Below, in pieces: positions 62,701 to 64,000 of a stretch of DNA of 64,000 bases (position 1 is the stretch's first letter; every line of letters starts with the position of its first letter). Below the pieces are notes generated by a model. That model made no database searches. It had not been told where the DNA came from and saw only the letters and a program-made list of their open reading frames with translations. Position numbers and translations under genes: made by a program. This DNA is from Podarcis vaucheri (Eukaryota): assembly GCA_965113315.1 (NCBI GenBank), contig OZ220367.1; one strand, given 5' to 3'.

Positions 62701-63745
62701 CTAGAGTCTTGTGGTTTAAATTGACAGGCACGTGTGTCCCCTGGCATCATAAGACGGGCAAGACCTTTGCATGAAGCTGTGTTGGCTTTGCTGAGTCACT
62801 AAGCTAACCCATGATAACCCATGACTTTCCTTCTTCCCACTACAGTCTGTGAATCCTTATATAGTGAAGCTGTCCATCATAGATGATGAGGCCACCCTCA
62901 ATGTGAGTATGATGGATTAAGTGCTGTGACTATTGCACGTTATCCAGAGGACTAGGAATACAACAAGGAGCTGAACTGAATTAAATTTTTTTTAAATCCC
63001 AAGACATTTTCAGAAGCTCTGATTTCTGTGATCATGACTGAAGTATTCCACAGTGTATGAGAGAGGAATAAATCTATGATATAAGTAATGCAATAAAATA
63101 TTTAATGAAGAAACAAAAAAAAATATTTGAATGAGAAATTAATGGGATCTGTAGCAATGTGAAGCCTCCACATGTTTTTCCTGCCAAAGGGTATAGTCCT
63201 AATTTGGGGACATAGCTTTTGCCTCCACCTATAGAACCGGTAATACAGAATTTTAGTTCCATTATTTTCATATCTTGCCTTTCTTCCAGAGTACCCAAGG
63301 CAGCATACATAGCTCTCTTCCCACCATAATTTTATACCTTCAGCAACCTGTAAAATAAATTAAGCCCGGGGGGGGGGAGTGCCGTTGCCCCCCAGTGAGC
63401 TTCAAGGTTGCATAGTGATTTGAACCTGGGCCTTCCAGTCCTAATCTGATATTCTTAGCACTACAAAATGCTTGCTTACTTGAAATGAGTCTTACATGGA
63501 GAGGGACGTGTAGATATGACCTTGTCAGATAATGACAGAAGCCTGATCCCTGTAGCTTATATGGATCTAGTGCTATAAATTATTGGGGGTAATTTGGAGA
63601 ATAAGCTTTTGGGGGGCAAAGGGCTCTGTCTCTGCTCTGCACTTGCTGTGTGGCTGTAATCTGTAGGGAGTAGAACTCAACATCTTGCTCTGTTTTTACA
63701 GGGAATGGGTCTTGTAGTCGCTCAGGCTTTATCAGAATACAACCG
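47676..63745 (+). CDS. ARMH3: ARMH3 (C10orf76) armadillo-like helical domain protein 3, N-terminal 9 coding exons, 3' truncated by window
   Basis: Spliced peptide [62 protein letters not shown]... is nearly identical to recalled human C10orf76. Confidence 0.96.
48222..48278 (+). CDS. ARMH3: ARMH3 coding exon 2
   Basis: [19 protein letters not shown]; cag|/|gtaata. Confidence 0.95.
48421..48567 (+). CDS. ARMH3: ARMH3 coding exon 3
   Basis: VNLEYLEGK...VVNALQ; cag|/|gtgctg. Confidence 0.95.
49007..49114 (+). CDS. ARMH3: ARMH3 coding exon 4
   Basis: [14 protein letters not shown]...AELCMK; cag|/|gtgagg. Confidence 0.95.
50435..50829 (+). mobile_element. tRNA-derived SINE interrupted by a hAT MITE
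   Basis: GGGCCATAGCTCAGTGGCAGAGC A-box, TTCAATCC B-box, ATGTTCCT tail. Confidence 0.75.
50575..50761. mobile_element. hAT MITE
   Basis: TIR CAGGGGTAGTCAACCT/AGGTTGACAACCCCTG; 8-bp TSD GTGTAGAC. Confidence 0.88.
50914..51006 (+). CDS. ARMH3: ARMH3 coding exon 5
   Basis: [31 protein letters not shown]; tag|/|gtaagt. Confidence 0.95.
52111..52185 (+). CDS. ARMH3: ARMH3 coding exon 6
   Basis: [25 protein letters not shown]; cag|/|gtaagt. Confidence 0.95.
52731..52817 (+). CDS. ARMH3: ARMH3 coding exon 7
   Basis: [29 protein letters not shown]; tag|/|gtgagt. Confidence 0.95.
53232..53997. mobile_element. Composite: truncated Tc1/mariner MITE (46595 family) joined to a hAT-like right end
   Basis: Left TIR CAGTGGTACCCCGCAAGACG lacks a partner; right end AAAGTTTGGGCACCCCTG lacks a partner. 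Confidence 0.6.
57417..57612 (+). mobile_element. tRNA-derived SINE
   Basis: Homologous to the 50435 element, ATGTTCCT tail. Confidence 0.7.
58184..58408 (+). mobile_element. Tc1/mariner-pogo-type MITE
   Basis: CAGTGGTACCT...AGGTACCACTG, TA TSD. Confidence 0.85.
60052..60281. mobile_element. Tc1/mariner-type MITE (distinct subfamily)
   Basis: ta|CAGTCATACCTCGGGTT...AACCCGAGCGTCCACTG|ta. Confidence 0.75.
60950..61761 (-). mobile_element. Sauria SINE interrupted by a solo LTR
   Basis: Tail at 60950-60960, body at 61422-61761, 15-bp TSD CTGATAAAGTAGGTA (60935-60949, 61762-61776). Confidence 0.9.
60961..61416 (-). mobile_element. Putative solo LTR (456 bp)
   Basis: TGTTA...TAACA termini, 5-bp TSD AAGGG, minus-strand AATAAA at 61173-61178. 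Confidence 0.82.
61831..62193 (+). mobile_element. Sauria SINE, CpG-rich (young) copy
   Basis: GGGACGCGGGTGGCGCTGTGG head, GGTTCGAATCC B-box, (ACCTTT)3 tail, 13-bp TSD TTAAGATGACAGA. Confidence 0.93.
62846..62902 (+). CDS. ARMH3: ARMH3 coding exon 8
   Basis: [19 protein letters not shown]; cag|/|gtgagt. Confidence 0.95.
63702..63745 (+). CDS. ARMH3: ARMH3 coding exon 9
   Basis: [14 protein letters not shown](R); cag|/|gtaagt. Confidence 0.93.
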
Positions 63746-64000
63746 GTAAGTCAAGTTAAGGCATGTCTTTTTTTTACAGCAGCAAAAGGAGTTAACATCC
63801 CCTTCTGAGAAAACTTGCTGATGCGCCTGTCAGCTGCTTCCTTCGGCTGCCTGAAAATGTCTAGATCTTTGAGACGTTGCATTCCTGCTGTCATTCCAAT
63901 CAGTAAATCTGTTTTTGGCCTTGCGTAGTAGAGGTTTGGTTTCACAGGGGAACTGCCAGGATTGCATTTACTTTCTTCTTCCTTTAATTGGCTGTACCTT

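Overview
Vertebrate genomic DNA, most likely from a squamate (lacertid-like lizard), judged from Sauria SINE and Squam3-like repeats. Three protein-coding genes are present. (1) A + strand prominin-family gene: 23 coding exons at 6218-28272, spliced by hand into an intact frame of about 762 aa. Its first coding exon appears to lie upstream of the window, and its position next to HPS6 suggests the non-mammalian prominin-3 type rather than PROM1/PROM2. (2) Single-exon HPS6 on the - strand (37990-35543, 815 aa). (3) The 5' part of ARMH3/C10orf76 on the + strand (9 coding exons, 47676-63745, continuing beyond the window), divergent from HPS6, each with its own CpG island. Introns hold many transposable elements with clear termini and target-site duplications, including several nested insertions. 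I found no convincing wholly new biological system. The best leads are an HPS6 uORF whose stop overlaps the start codon (AUGA), C-terminal isoform potential and heavy glycosylation of the prominin, two nested solo LTRs, a 51-bp SINE target duplication and a tight inverted SINE pair.
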